From the NCBI GenBank assembly GCA_964057225.1, contig OZ059894.1:15066001-15130000 (forward strand): a stretch of DNA of 64,000 bases. The letters run 5' to 3'. The notes below the pieces were generated by a model. The model saw only the letters and a program-made list of their open reading frames with translations, was not told the origin of the DNA and did no database searches. The translations under genes were made by a program, and so were the position numbers. Shown here piece by piece: positions 1 to 14,182 of the stretch (positions are counted from its first letter, which is position 1; every line of letters begins with the position of its first letter). The stretch comes from Auanema rhodensis (Eukaryota; Animalia; Nematoda).

Positions 1-166
1 TGAGTAAGTTAATAAAGGAAAAAAGTAAAGAAAAGAAAAAGATTATTTTTCGTTATTTGTACAAGATTAGTTACACAAATTTAATAAAAATCACTATTTA
101 CGTTGAGCAGAAGTATTCTGGAATACAAAAGTAAATTAAACTTTGGAAAAAAAATTAAAAACTTAC

Positions 167-733
167 TTTTAACTGATAATCACATAGTTTTGATCTCTTA
201 TAAGAGTGGTCACGGTCGTTCGGTTTGTTAAATGAAGAAGATTTTTGTACGGAGGCTGTTCTCTCCAATTGTATTTTCACTTTTTGATTCTTGGAAGAAG
301 ATGAGCTCGAAGGCATCGTTATCCATCTTTTGGAAGAAATAGAGATTTTTTCAGCATAACTGATATTACAGTTTCTTGAGTTCTTTGAAGATGATCCATG
401 TTTGAATTTATAATTCGGAGGATTGGAGATAGAATGACCCATTTGTGAAACGAATGTTTTTGATGAGTGAAGCTGAAGCTCGTTTCCAACGTTTTTAGAG
501 ATAATTTTAATGGAACTCTCATTTCTCATGAGACCAACAGGTGCAATTGAGGTTAAAGGGCTATGTGTATAGATAGAAAGCCGATTCTTTACTGGATCCG
601 ATGCGCTCTTCAAGGGGCTATCCGCATGTACAGACATAGTGGAGGTAACGTCGACCTTCCTGAAGCGGTCATGACTGCTGTACGAAAATCGAGAAGATCT
701 GCTTGAGCTTGAATATTGACTGCATCTATGCAT
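167..733 (-). CDS. Probable first coding exon of an unknown Ser-rich protein continuing off the left edge of the window
   Basis: 192-codon ORF, long for this AT-rich DNA, with a strong AAAA|GTAAGT donor at ~166. No recognisable domain. Confidence 0.45.
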
Positions 734-1079
734 AATGGATCGCCGTTCCGGAATATGTTAGGAATATATGTCGAAGTCAGTTAATTAAAGAAAGGGGAGG
801 AGCTTATAGTTATAGATTTACAGTGAAGTTTACAATCGTTTACAACCTTTGAATTTATGAAATAAGCATAGTTTGTAAACAAATCTAATGAACAATGGTA
901 TAAGGTATTTTTAATATTACGAAATATAAATTTAACTATACACATATAATTAATATATTACATTAAATATTATTTTTGTTCTAATATATCTATTTATATT
1001 TACAAGAAAGGGCACGTACCTCATGTCGGAAAACTAGACAGCATACGTGAAAGTAAACGGAAAAGACAAATTAATTGTG

Positions 1080-2895
1080 TTAGAAAAGACAATTCTTGGC
1101 TTGTTGTTTATTATGATATACATACATATAAATCATTATAATCAGGCGGAGGATAATCTGGAATCATATTCTGCATTGGCTGAGTGATAAGTTTCTGAAA
1201 GTTATTGATAAAAAATTATAAGAATAGCAATACGAATAATTACCGAATACGCTGGTGGCCGATCAGCATTACGATTGGTCAGAGCTCGCTCAGGGAAGTT
1301 ATTTGGATTATTATTGTTATGATGTTGTCGCAAATTCTTCAAAAACAAAATAACAATTAAGATGTGGAAGTTATAATAGCTATTACCTGTTCTGATCTCA
1401 ATAATGGTATACAACAATAAACGGTGATTGATACAACTTCATAAAAAATAATATAAAGACTTAGATGAAGAAGATTTAAAAATTGAATAATTGGAGAATC
1501 AGATCTAATAATCGTTGAATCAAACACTGTAATAAAAAAATAAATTGAAAAAGGTAATAAATTGAATAAAACAACGTGATAATGCTGGCTTCATCCCTTG
1601 ATATTGCTTTGAGAATGTCAACTTTGCACAAATATAACAAAACAGAAAGAGAAAATAGAAGAAACGAAAAAGCTTAAATATATATTCAATAATATAACTA
1701 ATATAGTTAATTTAAAATAATAAATTGAATATAATTTTTACCGAATCAATAAAGATTGGATAAAGACAACCAGGCATTTTGCATGCAATTGCAAATGTAC
1801 CAGCTGATACTGCAATAATTCCAGTAATAAGTTGAATAATTCTCACTTTTTCTGAAAAAAAAAATCAGTATATATTATGACGAGATGAATAAAACCATTC
1901 AAATCTTTACTTATCAAACTATATAAGCAAACAATCCAATAAACTAACAAATAACATCGAAGAACACTCTAAAATTAATGAAATAAGTACAAATTTTGAG
2001 TTACTTAGAGTTTTCAAATCTGAATATAATATATGAAGAAGACTAAGTTTTTTTTTGTTTTATTATAATTAATATATATAATATATCGCTTACTATTGAT
2101 AATGCTTGATTTACAAAAGAATTTAACCTGTCAAGACCTGATTCAGATTCTCTATTTCGACATCCTTCAAAACTATCCTGAAAATTTGACTAGAAACATT
2201 ATTAATTCAAAATTGTTTGAAAATTTTAATTTCAAGCGTTTTTTTCTGAAAAAAAGCTGATGTCGTATCTGACAATTGGAATATTGCTTATTCAAAATAT
2301 GAAAAATAATATCAAGTTTAATATCAACAAGAGAGTTTATAAATCCCCCACCCCAGATTCCCGAGGGCGACGACGGGTGATCAGACAATAGTGTATTCAA
2401 AAACTTCCTTCGTATTTATTTATTTTTTTTAAATTTCAGACGTTTTTCACGTTTGCACAAGCCTTTATACTTTTATAGCCATTGATGTCAAGATGTATTG
2501 CTAACATATCCAAAAGAACTTCGTAGACTTCAGCTTCTTGACATTTTGATTATTTTTTTTCATTAAAAATCAACGCTCTCCATAGTATTGAGAAGTATTT
2601 TTTCTTTTTTTATTATTTTTTTTTCTTAAAAACTCCCAAGATTTTTCTACTTCAATTATGTGATTACAGCTCAAAAACTTAAAATATTAATCGAATATTT
2701 TCTTTGAAAAAATGTTAAAAGATTCAGCTCAATTCTAGCAAATGACATTTTTTTCAAGCATGAATGCGGAACCTTTTTTATAACTTAGAATAACAAAAAA
2801 TATCGAAAAATATGAAAATATCTTAGAGGAACAAAATTTAAAAATGATTCACTAACCTCTTCCATTTCACGCGAATTAGTTTGCTGAATGACCAT
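1080..2895 (-). CDS. Four-transmembrane protein with C-terminal PPxY motifs (LAPTM-like topology)
   Basis: Phase-compatible splicing gives MVIQQTNSREMEE|DSFEGCR..ALSI|SVLRCYLLVYWIVCLYSLI|KVRIIQLITGIIAVSAGTFAIA..FIDS|LFRFFYFLFLFCYICA..|..FLNLLHLSLYIIFYEVVSITVYCCIPLLRSEQ|..DRPPAYS|..PDYPPPDYNDLY|NCLF*. Four hydrophobic segments. Last exon is tentative. Confidence 0.65.
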
Positions 2896-3052
2896 TTTTT
2901 ACGTGAAGCGACGTGAATCTGTCTATGGATATGCTAATTATTATGTAAATAATTTAATTTTGAAAGAATTCTGAATCAAATTATTTTCCATATATTTAAA
3001 GATAAAAAACTATTTGAAGAAATTAAATATAAAATATGTTACTTTATATATT

Positions 3053-3078
3053 TATATATATATATATATATATATATA
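3053..3078. repeat. (TA)n microsatellite
   Basis: Direct TA run. Similar runs at ~5521-5538 and ~8871-8893. Confidence 0.9.
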
Positions 3079-6000
3079 GTTAATATTTCATTTCATGATT
3101 TCTTGTTTTATTGTCATCCAACGGATTTCAGCTTCATCCTCTTGAACTTTTAGCTTCGATATTTTGATTGATTTCACGAATTGTTGGATACTTCTTTCGA
3201 ATTTTGTGATATATGAAGTTTATTATAAACAGTTGGCTGCTGACAATTATTTATTATCTATTTGAATTTTGAAAAAAAAACTTGACCATCCCCCACATTC
3301 TCTTGACAGTTTTCAATTCATATCACAGTGATAAATATTCGTTTACTACAACTATAATACCAATAAAATTTTCTCATTAGCTTGTTTGTTTGAAGAATCT
3401 GTGTCAGCTGTGTAACCTTGAATGACTTCGATATTGTAAGTTATATGATAGGGCATATTCTTTTTACTTTCAAATATAATCACACTTATCTTTTTTCAAA
3501 AAATAGATAAGAATATAGTTTTATAATTTAAGTTTAACACTATGCATATAGTTATTTTAAATTTCTATTAAGTATTTAAGGGAAAGATATAGTTATAACT
3601 GGGACTGCATATGAATTGCCGTTAAAAGTTTCAGTTAATTAGTCATAAGTTTATGCCTTTATCTATTTGACTATTATAGCTTTTCAGTAAGTTATTTATG
3701 GAGAAATACTGATGATGAGCTCCAAATAATTATAATTGTTTCGACCTTTAAGCGTTTCTTTCACCACTACCCAAAAATACTCTTTTTCTCATTTTCTCTT
3801 TATATCTTCTGTCTTCACTTAGCTTCTCTCTATATTCTTTCACTTTCTATCTCTCTTATCCATTCATTTCTCTCCTCATTTATTCTCTCAATTACTCACT
3901 TATTTTACTCTGCTTGTTTGAAATTCTCTTTATTTCTTCCGTTTTCATCTCTTGCATTTGTAATCTTCTATCCTGACCTTACTTTTCAATGTACTTCTTC
4001 ACCATTTACCTCACTTACTTCTTTATTCTTTCCTATTTTTCAATTTTACCCTTTTCTTTCATTTTTTTTTTCATCAAAGTATGTTGCAAATAATACTAAA
4101 ACAAGTCATTCAAACTCAGCTTTTGCACCGTGTTTCAGTACTCTGCTAACACTTTCACCCCCCCCCCCCCTTGTTCTATTATCTCTCATAAATACAACAG
4201 TTGAACTTCTTTCAAACTCAACCAAATGAACAATGACTGTAATTAAGAGAAAATTAAGCGATCTTTGAATATTAAATATAAGTCTTTTTTGGGTTCAAAA
4301 ATTGTATTTTCATCCGGCTTGACGTCGTTCGTTGACCGAAAATTTATAAATTCCAAAAAAAACCTTTTCCAAGTTATGCCTAAGCTGTTCATGATTCTAG
4401 ACGAATGTTGTTTTTTCTCCAACATCTCCTTTACCGGAACATTATACCCTTCGTTGCATTTCTAATACTAGCTGGCTATATCTATGCATAGATATGTAGA
4501 TTTCTTTAGAAAACATATGATTTAACGAACTTTTCTTTCAAAGAATTCATTTAAGAGGTTTAAATGAAAATAAATAATTATATTCTTATAGTATTTCAAA
4601 TTTGCTGTTGATTATGTGTCTGAAATATTAACTTTCGGTCTTTGTATTTGCTGAACGCTGGATGACTAGGTTCAGGCAGTTTAATGTGTGAGCAAAATCA
4701 TAACTTTGACCTTTTGAACAAATGCTCTTCTTTTGCTTTGTTTCTCTCTGCAAATTTGTGATTAGATTTTGATGAAAGCTTACAGAAAAAGCTTTAAATG
4801 CATGAAAAATTGTGTATTAGGTGGCAAAAATTAAAAAAGAAGGAATAAGGAAATAAATATTTCTTATCTTAGTTCATCAAGTACCAATGAACATAAGGAA
4901 GAAATAAGTAAAAAGAGCAAAAAAAAAGAAAAAGAGTTAGAGGAATACAAATGACGAAAAAGTAAAGTATAAAGGAAAACTGATAGACATATGGAGAAAG
5001 ATTGCGAATAAGAGTGCTGGTAAAGAGAGATTGCCAATGCATATGTCAGATATTGCTCGGAAAATGTTGGATTTAGAGAATGATGAAAGTAGGAAAAGAG
5101 AAAAAGACAACGTCGTGACATCCTCCTGATCCTAATTGTTTCTGATGCTCCACTCAATAAATAAATTAGAAGACCGATCCGAGCATAGTCAGCGAGTAGC
5201 AGTCACAACTGTGATAGAGTCATGAAAATCTCATGGCCAACCTGACCAGTAACGTTGTTCTAATTCGATTATATTTTTAATTTCATATATGAGAAGAAGT
5301 TTATTAGTTTGACCGAATTTGACTTTTCCTCTCTTATGCTCTAGCATAACGGACGTGCATGATTATAGTAAATCAGAATTCACACTCTTCAGACGATCTT
5401 TTTCCAAATGAAGCATCATCTGACTTAGGCAAGTTCCGTTCCGCAATTTTGTATTAATGGACATTATAACTTAAGTTGTTTTTATTATTAAGAAAAAGAA
5501 GAAAAAAAAAATTATACAAATATATATATATATATATATCTATTTATATAAACAGAAAAGAGAAAAAAAATGGATATACTAATCATCTTTTGCAAGATAA
5601 CAAAATTACTAAATAAATATATCATTTGTAATATAAAATATTCATTTTATAGTTTTTTTTCCATCATTTTAATAATTTTTTATATCTTTTCAATAGAATT
5701 ATCTAATATAAATATAGTTATAATTAGAGAAGGCTTGAGAAATATATTAGTTCAAACTTAAAATATGATGAAAAGCTATGATATCTTATAATTATATTAT
5801 TATATGATATTATTTATGTCCAACATATTTTATTATTTCTAATAGAAATACAAAAAATGATTTATATTACTTTGATATGTATTTTCCTGATGAAATTTTT
5901 TTTCAGTTTATCTAGATTACAGTTTATTTTTCGGTTCTCAGTCATATATGTAGGACCAATTTGAAGTTCGCAATGCATTTAGAATGCTAATTATCGTTAA

Positions 6001-7510
6001 TTTCTCAAAACATGCCCCTCCGGGTTTTTACTAATCTGCAACTACTCTTCAGTTGTGAAGTACGTTGGAAAGACTTTCGTGATGTCCATTTCCGTTGACG
6101 ACTCAGATTGCTCGTTCGCACTGGCATTGAAGTATCTGAAGCATGTCTGTCAGCGTATAGCCTTACCTGTTGTATCTAGCATCTGATACTATAAGTATTA
6201 GCTGATTTATTGATTCAGAAGAACTTTTATTATTTTTCAATCATAAACCTGCATTTCATTTCGTGATTCACTAATATCTATGATGTTTTAAGATTTTGAA
6301 GTTTACACTATTGAAAAGTATATTGAAATTCAACAGAAACAAGAGTAACTAAAGCTTAAAAGATAATTCATCAAATATCTTTTATAAAAATGACTAAAAA
6401 AAGAAAGCAGGTCATAAAGAGATCCATAATCTAACAGTTTATAGCTTTTAGCCATCCATTCCTTTTAATAGCTCACCGTTTCCGTTCAACAATTCATATG
6501 TAATATCTTTTTACTTTAAGCAAACTTTTTGTTGTAAATTTGTTCATCTTAACATTCATATGTACATTACTCTCCCTTATTCTTTATTGTAAAACAAAAA
6601 ATAATAGCGAACATCATAAAGGAACATTTAAGAAATATTTTCTTCCTCCTTTCTATTATTATTTCAAGTATTTTTATTTGTTTTTTTTTAAATAAAACTT
6701 ATTTTAAAAATACATATAAAATTATTTTACTGCAAAAGGAAGTTGTACTGAAAAGCGATGAAGTACTCTTCATTTTTATATGCTAATTAAAGTAAAATTG
6801 GCACATTTCCGGTAGTGGGACCAGCCTAATAACTTCCGCTCAAGTTGAAAGTTTACTTCTGTTCTTACCTGCTGTATGTTTTTTTCTACACAAAGCTATC
6901 ATAATGAATCCCAAAATTGCTTATAAACTAGGATAGAGAACAAATCGTTTCGATATTTTCCGGAAAAAACACGGAATATTTTTCATTTGTTAAGCTTAAT
7001 TCTATTCATGTGTCAATTTTTTTATTTAAAAATTTTATAATATCATATATACAAGGAAATGTTCTTAAAATTTGAAACTGATTGAAACTTATCTTAAAGC
7101 CAGACACAGACTGAGACAGCTCATGCATGATTTTGCTTGACCTAAACGTGCAGAAAATCAGTCAAGCCTGACTTTAAATTGATCTGTTCCATACTCCAAC
7201 GTCTTTGAGCACCTTATTCTCATATCTTATAAGATGAAAAGGATGGCTGCTCAAAACGATTTAGGATATCGGGAAAAACTTATGCATTTGAAAGTAGAAA
7301 GATGACAACTTCGAAATGCTTTAAGATACCTCTCGTCTTTCTTTTCAATTAGTTCTTATTTGCAAGCATCTTTAAGACAATAGCAATAAGAACTTTTTTT
7401 TATTTCTTTTATTGAAGACATTTTAATTTTCGGTTAAATCAATTGAAACATTATGACATTTGAAATTTCTATTTGTTTTATTACTGAAGATATTACAATA
7501 CAAAGAGAGA

Positions 7511-7513
<3 letters not shown>

Positions 7514-7553
<40 letters not shown>

Positions 7554-7667
7554 ATTTCTCTATATCTGTCTCTCTATATATCTGTCTCTCTATATATTTC
7601 TCTCTATATATATCCCTCTATATATCTCTCTCTATATATGTATCTATCTCCTACTTTCTCTCTTTCT
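7514..7667. repeat. (CT)n microsatellite grading into degenerate CT/AT repeat
   Basis: Pure CT run 7514-7547 followed by mixed CT/TA. It explains the SLSLSL ORFs. Further CT runs at ~8047-8096 and ~8463-8508. Confidence 0.9.
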
Positions 7668-8055
7668 AGGTATAATCTAATTAATTCAAATTAACTATTA
7701 TTTTAACAAAAAAAATTAAAAAGAACGGTTGCTTTCTGCACAATTCCACATATTTTCAAATATTTTTCAAAGAAATATTTATAGGTATATAGGAATAAAT
7801 ATTTTTCCACTTCCTCTTTTCAAGCTTTGAACTTGAACATCAATATGTTCATATTTCCTTTTTTCTGTAATTTTCCAATTAAAACATTTCATCATAATAA
7901 TCCAGTTTATGGAATACTATATGAATAAATGAAGGAAATTTCAGTTTAATTTCAAATTGAAAGCACTTAAATCAACTACCTTTCTTAAACAGATGTTCTA
8001 GACGTCATATGCATACTTGGATTCTCTCATCTTCTTCACTTTATAACTCTCTCTC

Positions 8056-8087
<32 letters not shown>

Positions 8088-8617
8088 CCTCTCTCTTTAT
8101 TCATAATATTTCAATATTCTATTTCTTCTCCTTTTTTCTCTCTATTTAAATTATTTCCCTCTTATTTGGTATTACTTATCTTGTAAAAGCAAGGATCTCT
8201 CTTTATTCGCATTGCTTTGCTACTCGAATCTAATACATCTTATATGCCATGTGAAGTTGGTTCATAACTTCTTTGCTCTCAGTGTTTTTACTATATTGTC
8301 TATTATCTTACTCTCTTATTAACATTCAGCTTCTTGATCTTAAACTTATACATATTTCTAACGTTTTTAATGTTTCTTATTCACAAAGACCTTCTAAAAT
8401 GTCTGTTATGTCAACGCAAGTAATGACGATATTGGGCGGAGCTTTATCTTTGAGTCTTTTACCTCTCTCTCTCTTTCTCTCTTTCTTTCTCTCTCTCTCT
8501 CTCTCTCTTTAAACATTTCACTTCTTTTAAGCTCAAACAGAACTACTTCTTGTTTTTCTATTTATTTCTAAATTCTAACATTATCATATTGTATAATTAA
8601 TTATTATTTTTCAGCAC

Positions 8618-11600
8618 ATGAGCCGTGTTCTATTGAGCACAGTTTTATTATGTATTACTGTATATGGTATAATCATAGACAGCGATTATAATGTGTCATC
8701 AGATGAAGACGATTTTCCATCTAAATCTAAAAAAAATTGTACAAGAGATACACAAATTATTGACAGATTATTAAATGGTACAGGATATAATAAATATCGA
8801 ATACCTAGTAAGTTATATTAATTATATTAATACATCTATACATATAGATTAAGAAATAAAATATATAATCTATATATATATATATATATATATGTATATA
8901 ATCAATTATAATCTTTATATTTATAATTTTCTTCCTTTAATTAATGAAAAATTTGAAAAATACTATTAGCTTCTCCTATAAATGAAAGATTTTTCCATGT
9001 TAACCAGCAAAATATCCGTTCCTTCCATTAGTGAATAGTACTCTATTTAAACGTTTAAATATTCTTTTTTGTTATTATTCGAAACATCATAGAACAGTCA
9101 TTATCTGAAACTATTGTCCTTCAATGGTTTGGGATTACATGGTAAATAATTTTCTTTTAGAAAGAATAAAAAATATAAACAATATTATAATGAATGTTGT
9201 ACTTAATGTATTTTTTATTTTTTTTTTTGAAACAAAATGTTCTATTTGTTCTTTCGTTCATCATCATCAGCAGCTTCATCATCTGTATCTTTACAAATCT
9301 TTTCTTTTTTTAACTTTTTCCTTATTAATACTAATGCCAGACAGCTATCTCCCATGATGTTTTCTTAATCCTTTTGCTGTCGGAATGAGCATCGATAGCT
9401 AGAGCTATGACTTAAGTATGAAGAAACTCTAGTGTTCACAATTATTTCAAATGAAAGCATATACTGATAACTATCTTTGAACATAAATACATTAACACTA
9501 TACAATATATATATATATAGTTAATTACAAAAATATATAATTATATTTCAGCTGATGATGGGGTTAAAGTTTCAGTTGAATTTTGGATTCAAGCTATAAC
9601 ATCTATCAATGAAATTACAAATGATTTCGAGGTTTATTCAGTTCAATTTAAGTTATTTTATTTCTTTCTTTCACAGATGGATATTTATATTAACGAGCAA
9701 TGGCTTGATCCAGCTCTTAACTTTGAGACGATGTCTCCGTGTAAGGCGAATCTGTCACTCAGTCATCAAGTTTGTTTGCCTTATTTCATTTTTTTTTTCA
9801 AATTATCATATGAAACAGCAATAATTAACCGATGTAACTCGAAATCGTTTTTTCATTCCTTTGAAAATTAATTATTTTCAAATTAAAATAATAACAAATA
9901 TATAAAATATTTTATAGGTCTTAGAGAGGCTATGGACACCAAATAGCTGTTTCATAAATAGCAAATTTGCGGAAATTCATGATTCGCCTTTTAAGTAAGT
10001 CTTATATTCCTTTTTTTTTCATTTTTAAACTAATATACATGTATTTCAATATTTTTCTTTACGAAAATCTTCTTTTCTTTTTGTTTCTTCTAATAGTTTT
10101 TTACTTCATACTTTGAGATGTATAAGCTTCTTTGATCATTGAGCATAGAGACCTTGATGACGACATCTAAGACCACATTTCTATAATCAAAGACACCAAC
10201 TTTCGCGCATTTCTTCTACTCAACCTCCCCCGTTGATCAATGTCATATCGAGCAACTAGAGATTTCAAGATTTAAACCGTTTGAACTTACTTAGAATCGA
10301 TGAAGCATTAAAATTGAACTCTGCTCATATGACTTATATTCCAAACATATTTCTATAATACTTGTTTAAAAGTAAGATTTAATAGAAATTTCAGAATATA
10401 TAAGAGCTTTTTCTTCTTTATTTTTAGATCACAGCTGTTGTCCTTAACTCTTTCCGCCTTGTTAAATTTTAAACAAACACATTCATTGAGATTAATCATA
10501 TTTTTAATTTTCAGAAATGTATTTCTAATGTTATATTCTAATGGTACTGTTTGGGTTAACTATGTGAGTTTATAATTAATTATATGAATATTTTTAAATG
10601 AGTTATGTTACAGCGCGTCAATGTCAAAGGTCCATGTGCCTTATCGTTAGAGCTCTTTCCATTAGATATTCAAGAATGTTACTTAATATACGAAAGGTAA
10701 TATTTAATTATAAAACAATATAATTAATATATATATTATGAATTTTAAGTTTCAATTATAATAATCAAGAAGTTCAAATGAGATGGTCAAAACGGGACCC
10801 CTCTCCAGTTTATACAATAGCACCAATTGTATTACCAGACTTTGATTTAATCAGAGTTAAGCCATCTCGTATAACTGAGGTAATCTTTATACATTATGTA
10901 TTTAATTAAAATATTATTATTATTATTATAAAATTAATGAAATTTATTTAATTTTAGCCATATCCAGCGGGTATGTGGGATGAGTTACATGTTAGGCTAA
11001 CATTTGAAAGAAGGCACGTTTGGTACTTTATGCAAGCCTATTTACCTACTTACCTAACTATATTCATCAGGTTTTTAAACAATAATTTAAAAAATTCTAA
11101 TAAATTAATTATAATTGAAGTTGGATATCATTTTCTCTTGGTCCGAAAGCAATCCCAGCTAGAACTATGTTAGGAGTTAATGCATTACTGGCTATGATTT
11201 TCCAATTTGGTAATATTATGCGCAATCTTCCACGTGTATCTTATATTAAGGCTATTGGTAAAACTTTTTACAAATAGTTTTATTTAAAAAATGAAATATT
11301 TTAGATGTGTGGATGTTAGTGTCAATGACATTCATATTTAGCAGTTTATTGGAACTAGCTATCGTAGGTAGTAAAGTAAAAAATGAAGAATGCATGAAAA
11401 AACGACGAATCTCAACATGTCATAAGAAGGTTTGATTGTGAATTGAATAAACCATGTTAATTATTTCTTCTGATTCTAGCATATTCAACAGATTGATACA
11501 TTTGAATCATCATCAGCGGGTTTATGTAGATATGAAAAACGATTCATGCTTCCAATTGAAAGATCAAAATCAAATTGGCGAAGATATATTAACTTTGACT

Positions 11601-11869
11601 GGTAAGTTATTTTAAAAAAAATTATAAAAGTATTCTGTTTATAATTAATATATTTAGGTTTTGGGATATTATTAATTGGCCTCCAGAAAAAATAGACCGT
11701 ATGTCTAGTCTTCTGTTTCCAGCCAGTTTTGCAATTTTTAATGTGGGTTCTATAACAAAATATTTTTTTTTGTATTCTTTATAAAAATAAAAATAATTTT
11801 TATTTTTAGATTGTATACTGGTCATATTACTATCAAAAGAAGTTATCACAACTTGCTCAAATGAATTGA
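8618..11869 (+). CDS. Cys-loop ligand-gated chloride channel subunit, nematode amine-gated group (LGC-51/52/53/GGR-3-like)
   Basis: Signal peptide; [24 protein letters not shown]; [11 protein letters not shown]; Cys-loop [15 protein letters not shown]; YPAGMWDEL; M1 [20 protein letters not shown]; anion-type PAR before M2 ([20 protein letters not shown]); [14 protein letters not shown]; M4 [24 protein letters not shown]. Stop at 11867-11869. Confidence 0.92.
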
Positions 11870-12643
11870 TAAATCACTTTTTTTGTTTTTTTTTTTGTGA
11901 ATTTTCAACAAATGTTAGTCAAATTTTTATATTAGAAGAATACGCGACAAGGATAGTTTCTTTCTACAAAGAAATGGGTCAACATTTGCCCTTTTATCTA
12001 TTACATGTGATATATTGTTTCCGAGTTTTATATAAATATTTTTTTTAAAACTATATACATATGTATATTTAGTTTTTTAAAGTATAATACTACAATAAGA
12101 ATAAAAAATAATAATATAATACATTAAAAAACCTTTATTTATACTTATGTATTTAATTATAAATATGATATCGAGAAAATAGATGCACAGCGGATTTACT
12201 CGTAATCAGTGACAAGTGAATGAAAATCCACGTGTCCCACGTGGCTATTACATTGTCTGGTATGCTAATCAAATTAGCATTTAATATTAAAATTAGAATA
12301 TAAAATAAATAGTAAAAATAATGAAAAATATACGATATAAATAGATTTTGAATTATTAATTAACATATATTATTGGATGTTTGCATATCTTCTTGATGTA
12401 TCAATTACTTGCTTCTCACTCAATCAGTCTATCAATAGATGTAAGTGAAAAGCTGTTAAAACAATATTATTTGATATTATTATATGAAATATCTTTAGTT
12501 AATTATATAATCTAATTTTAAATATTCATTGTTACATAATTTGATCAGTATTATAATGTTTGTTCTTAAAATTCATTTAAATACTGAACATCGGAAATCT
12601 GTTCAACACATTCTGGTGCCAACAACACTCTGAAACATTCAAT

Positions 12644-13237
12644 ATGATTTCTAAAGTTTTACTTCTTCTTGCTATCAACTATTCTGCTGTATATGCATCC
12701 TGCGTACCTGGAACAGAAGTAGGACGTGAGTACAAATAAGTTATAATTCATATAATTAGTTGTCACTTTTCAGCTTGCGATAGTACTTGTCCAGGTACTT
12801 CTCAATGTGATGCCAACAGACTCAACTGTTGTACTCTCTCCGGAAATTCTACTCTTTGTGAGCTGGAGTCAAAAAAAAATTCAAATACCTTTTTGTGTTT
12901 CAGCTTGCATCGATAAAATTAATCCAAGGACTGGAACTTCTGATTGTCCAGCTAGAGCTCATCTCTGTGATGATTCAGTATACTATAGCTTCATGACAAT
13001 TGAATGCCCACGAACATGTAACCGTTGTGAAAGTACAAGCTTAACAACTCCTCGCACAAGTATGTTTTATCTTTCAAAATACAAAAAAAACAAATAACAA
13101 CATTTTCAGATGTCTGTATGGATTTAGCTGGACCTCAAGGCGTTTCTGAATGCAACAGTAAAGCTTACCTCTGTCACAATTCAACTTACAAGCAACTCAT
13201 GAGACAGCAATGTCCAAAAACTTGTGGATATTGTTAA
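12644..13237 (+). CDS. Secreted Cys-rich protein with two ShKT domains
   Basis: Signal peptide MISKVLLLLAINYSAVYAS, an N-terminal Cys-rich module, then CIDKINPRTGTSDCPARAHLCDDSVYYSFMTIECPRTCNRC and CMDLAGPQGVSECNSKAYLCHNSTYKQLMRQQCPKTCGYC*. Four exons. Confidence 0.9.
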
Positions 13238-13496
13238 ATCAATTCTTTCTTCTAATATTACTTTTTTCATCATATATAACTTATTATTTTAATATATTAT
13301 TCATTTTTAAATTATTTAATTTATATAATTTTGTAAAATAATTATTATCTTATTATTAAAAAATAAAGATTAAAAATAATTTATATATATATATGTATAT
13401 ACTATTATAATTTTAAAACATTATGGAAATATTATTTAAAATATATTTATACACATTGCCGACATGAGCTTACTTCCTAACACATGAAAGTCATGC

Positions 13497-14182
13497 TCAC
13501 CGAAGTCTGTTAGATGGATAGATCATCTGCATATTTCTTGGTACATTTCCAGGATATTTGAAGCGGAATATCTTTCGACGATTAATGTTCGACCGCACGG
13601 ATTTCCACTGAACGATGAAACGACGTGGACGACGATCACGATCATCATAAATTCGAAGATAAAAATATTCTGAGCCGTATGGTTCAAGCATTCTGAACAA
13701 AAAAAATATTTTTTGAATGTTTTTAAACAAAAATATTCCAACTAATAGATGGTATCATACATGTATTCAATACTTAACTTTCATTGTATTGATGAAAATT
13801 TGTCATGATATCAATTACAAAGTTTAGAATTTTTCAATTAAAAAGAAAAATAATATTTTGTAAATGTATCATCGTTTTGTGAAAATTTGTTGAAAACATC
13901 CAAATTTATTTATAAAAATTGATATTTATACTTACCGATAATGTGGTTCAACATCAAAAATTGCTTTATTAATAAGTTTATCAATAATTTGCACTTCAAC
14001 CTTGTCTTTCATTCTATTAGTCATCTATAATAATTATATAATTTTAATTTATATATTAAATAAAATATTAAATTTACCAGAATTGGAATGGTGTGATTTC
14101 GAAAATATGGTGGCTGGAGGATGACATGAAAATCTGGATGAGCACTGATTGCATCATAAGCTTGAACAAAGTGTAACAGGAA
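13497..14182 (-). CDS. MSP/VAP-like Ig-fold domain protein; 5' end unresolved
   Basis: Three phase-compatible exons: FLLHFVQAYD..HTIPIL|MTNRMKDKVEVQIIDKLINKAIFDVEPHYR|MLEPYGSEYFYLRIY..RRFIVQWKSV..*. Loose match to the MSP pattern (xTN..V..V.P..LEP..F.VQW). Confidence 0.55.

Noticed and set aside
3761-4465. Hydrophobic Phe/Ser/Leu-rich ORFs (3918-4229 and neighbours)
   Set aside because: Translation of pyrimidine-rich low-complexity DNA, with no splice structure or domain.
6079-6138. Possible C/D-box snoRNA (GTGATGT...CTGA)
   Set aside because: Imperfect C box, weak terminal stem and no recognisable rRNA guide.
7453-8512. ORFs with SLSLSL runs
   Set aside because: Products of (CT)n microsatellites.
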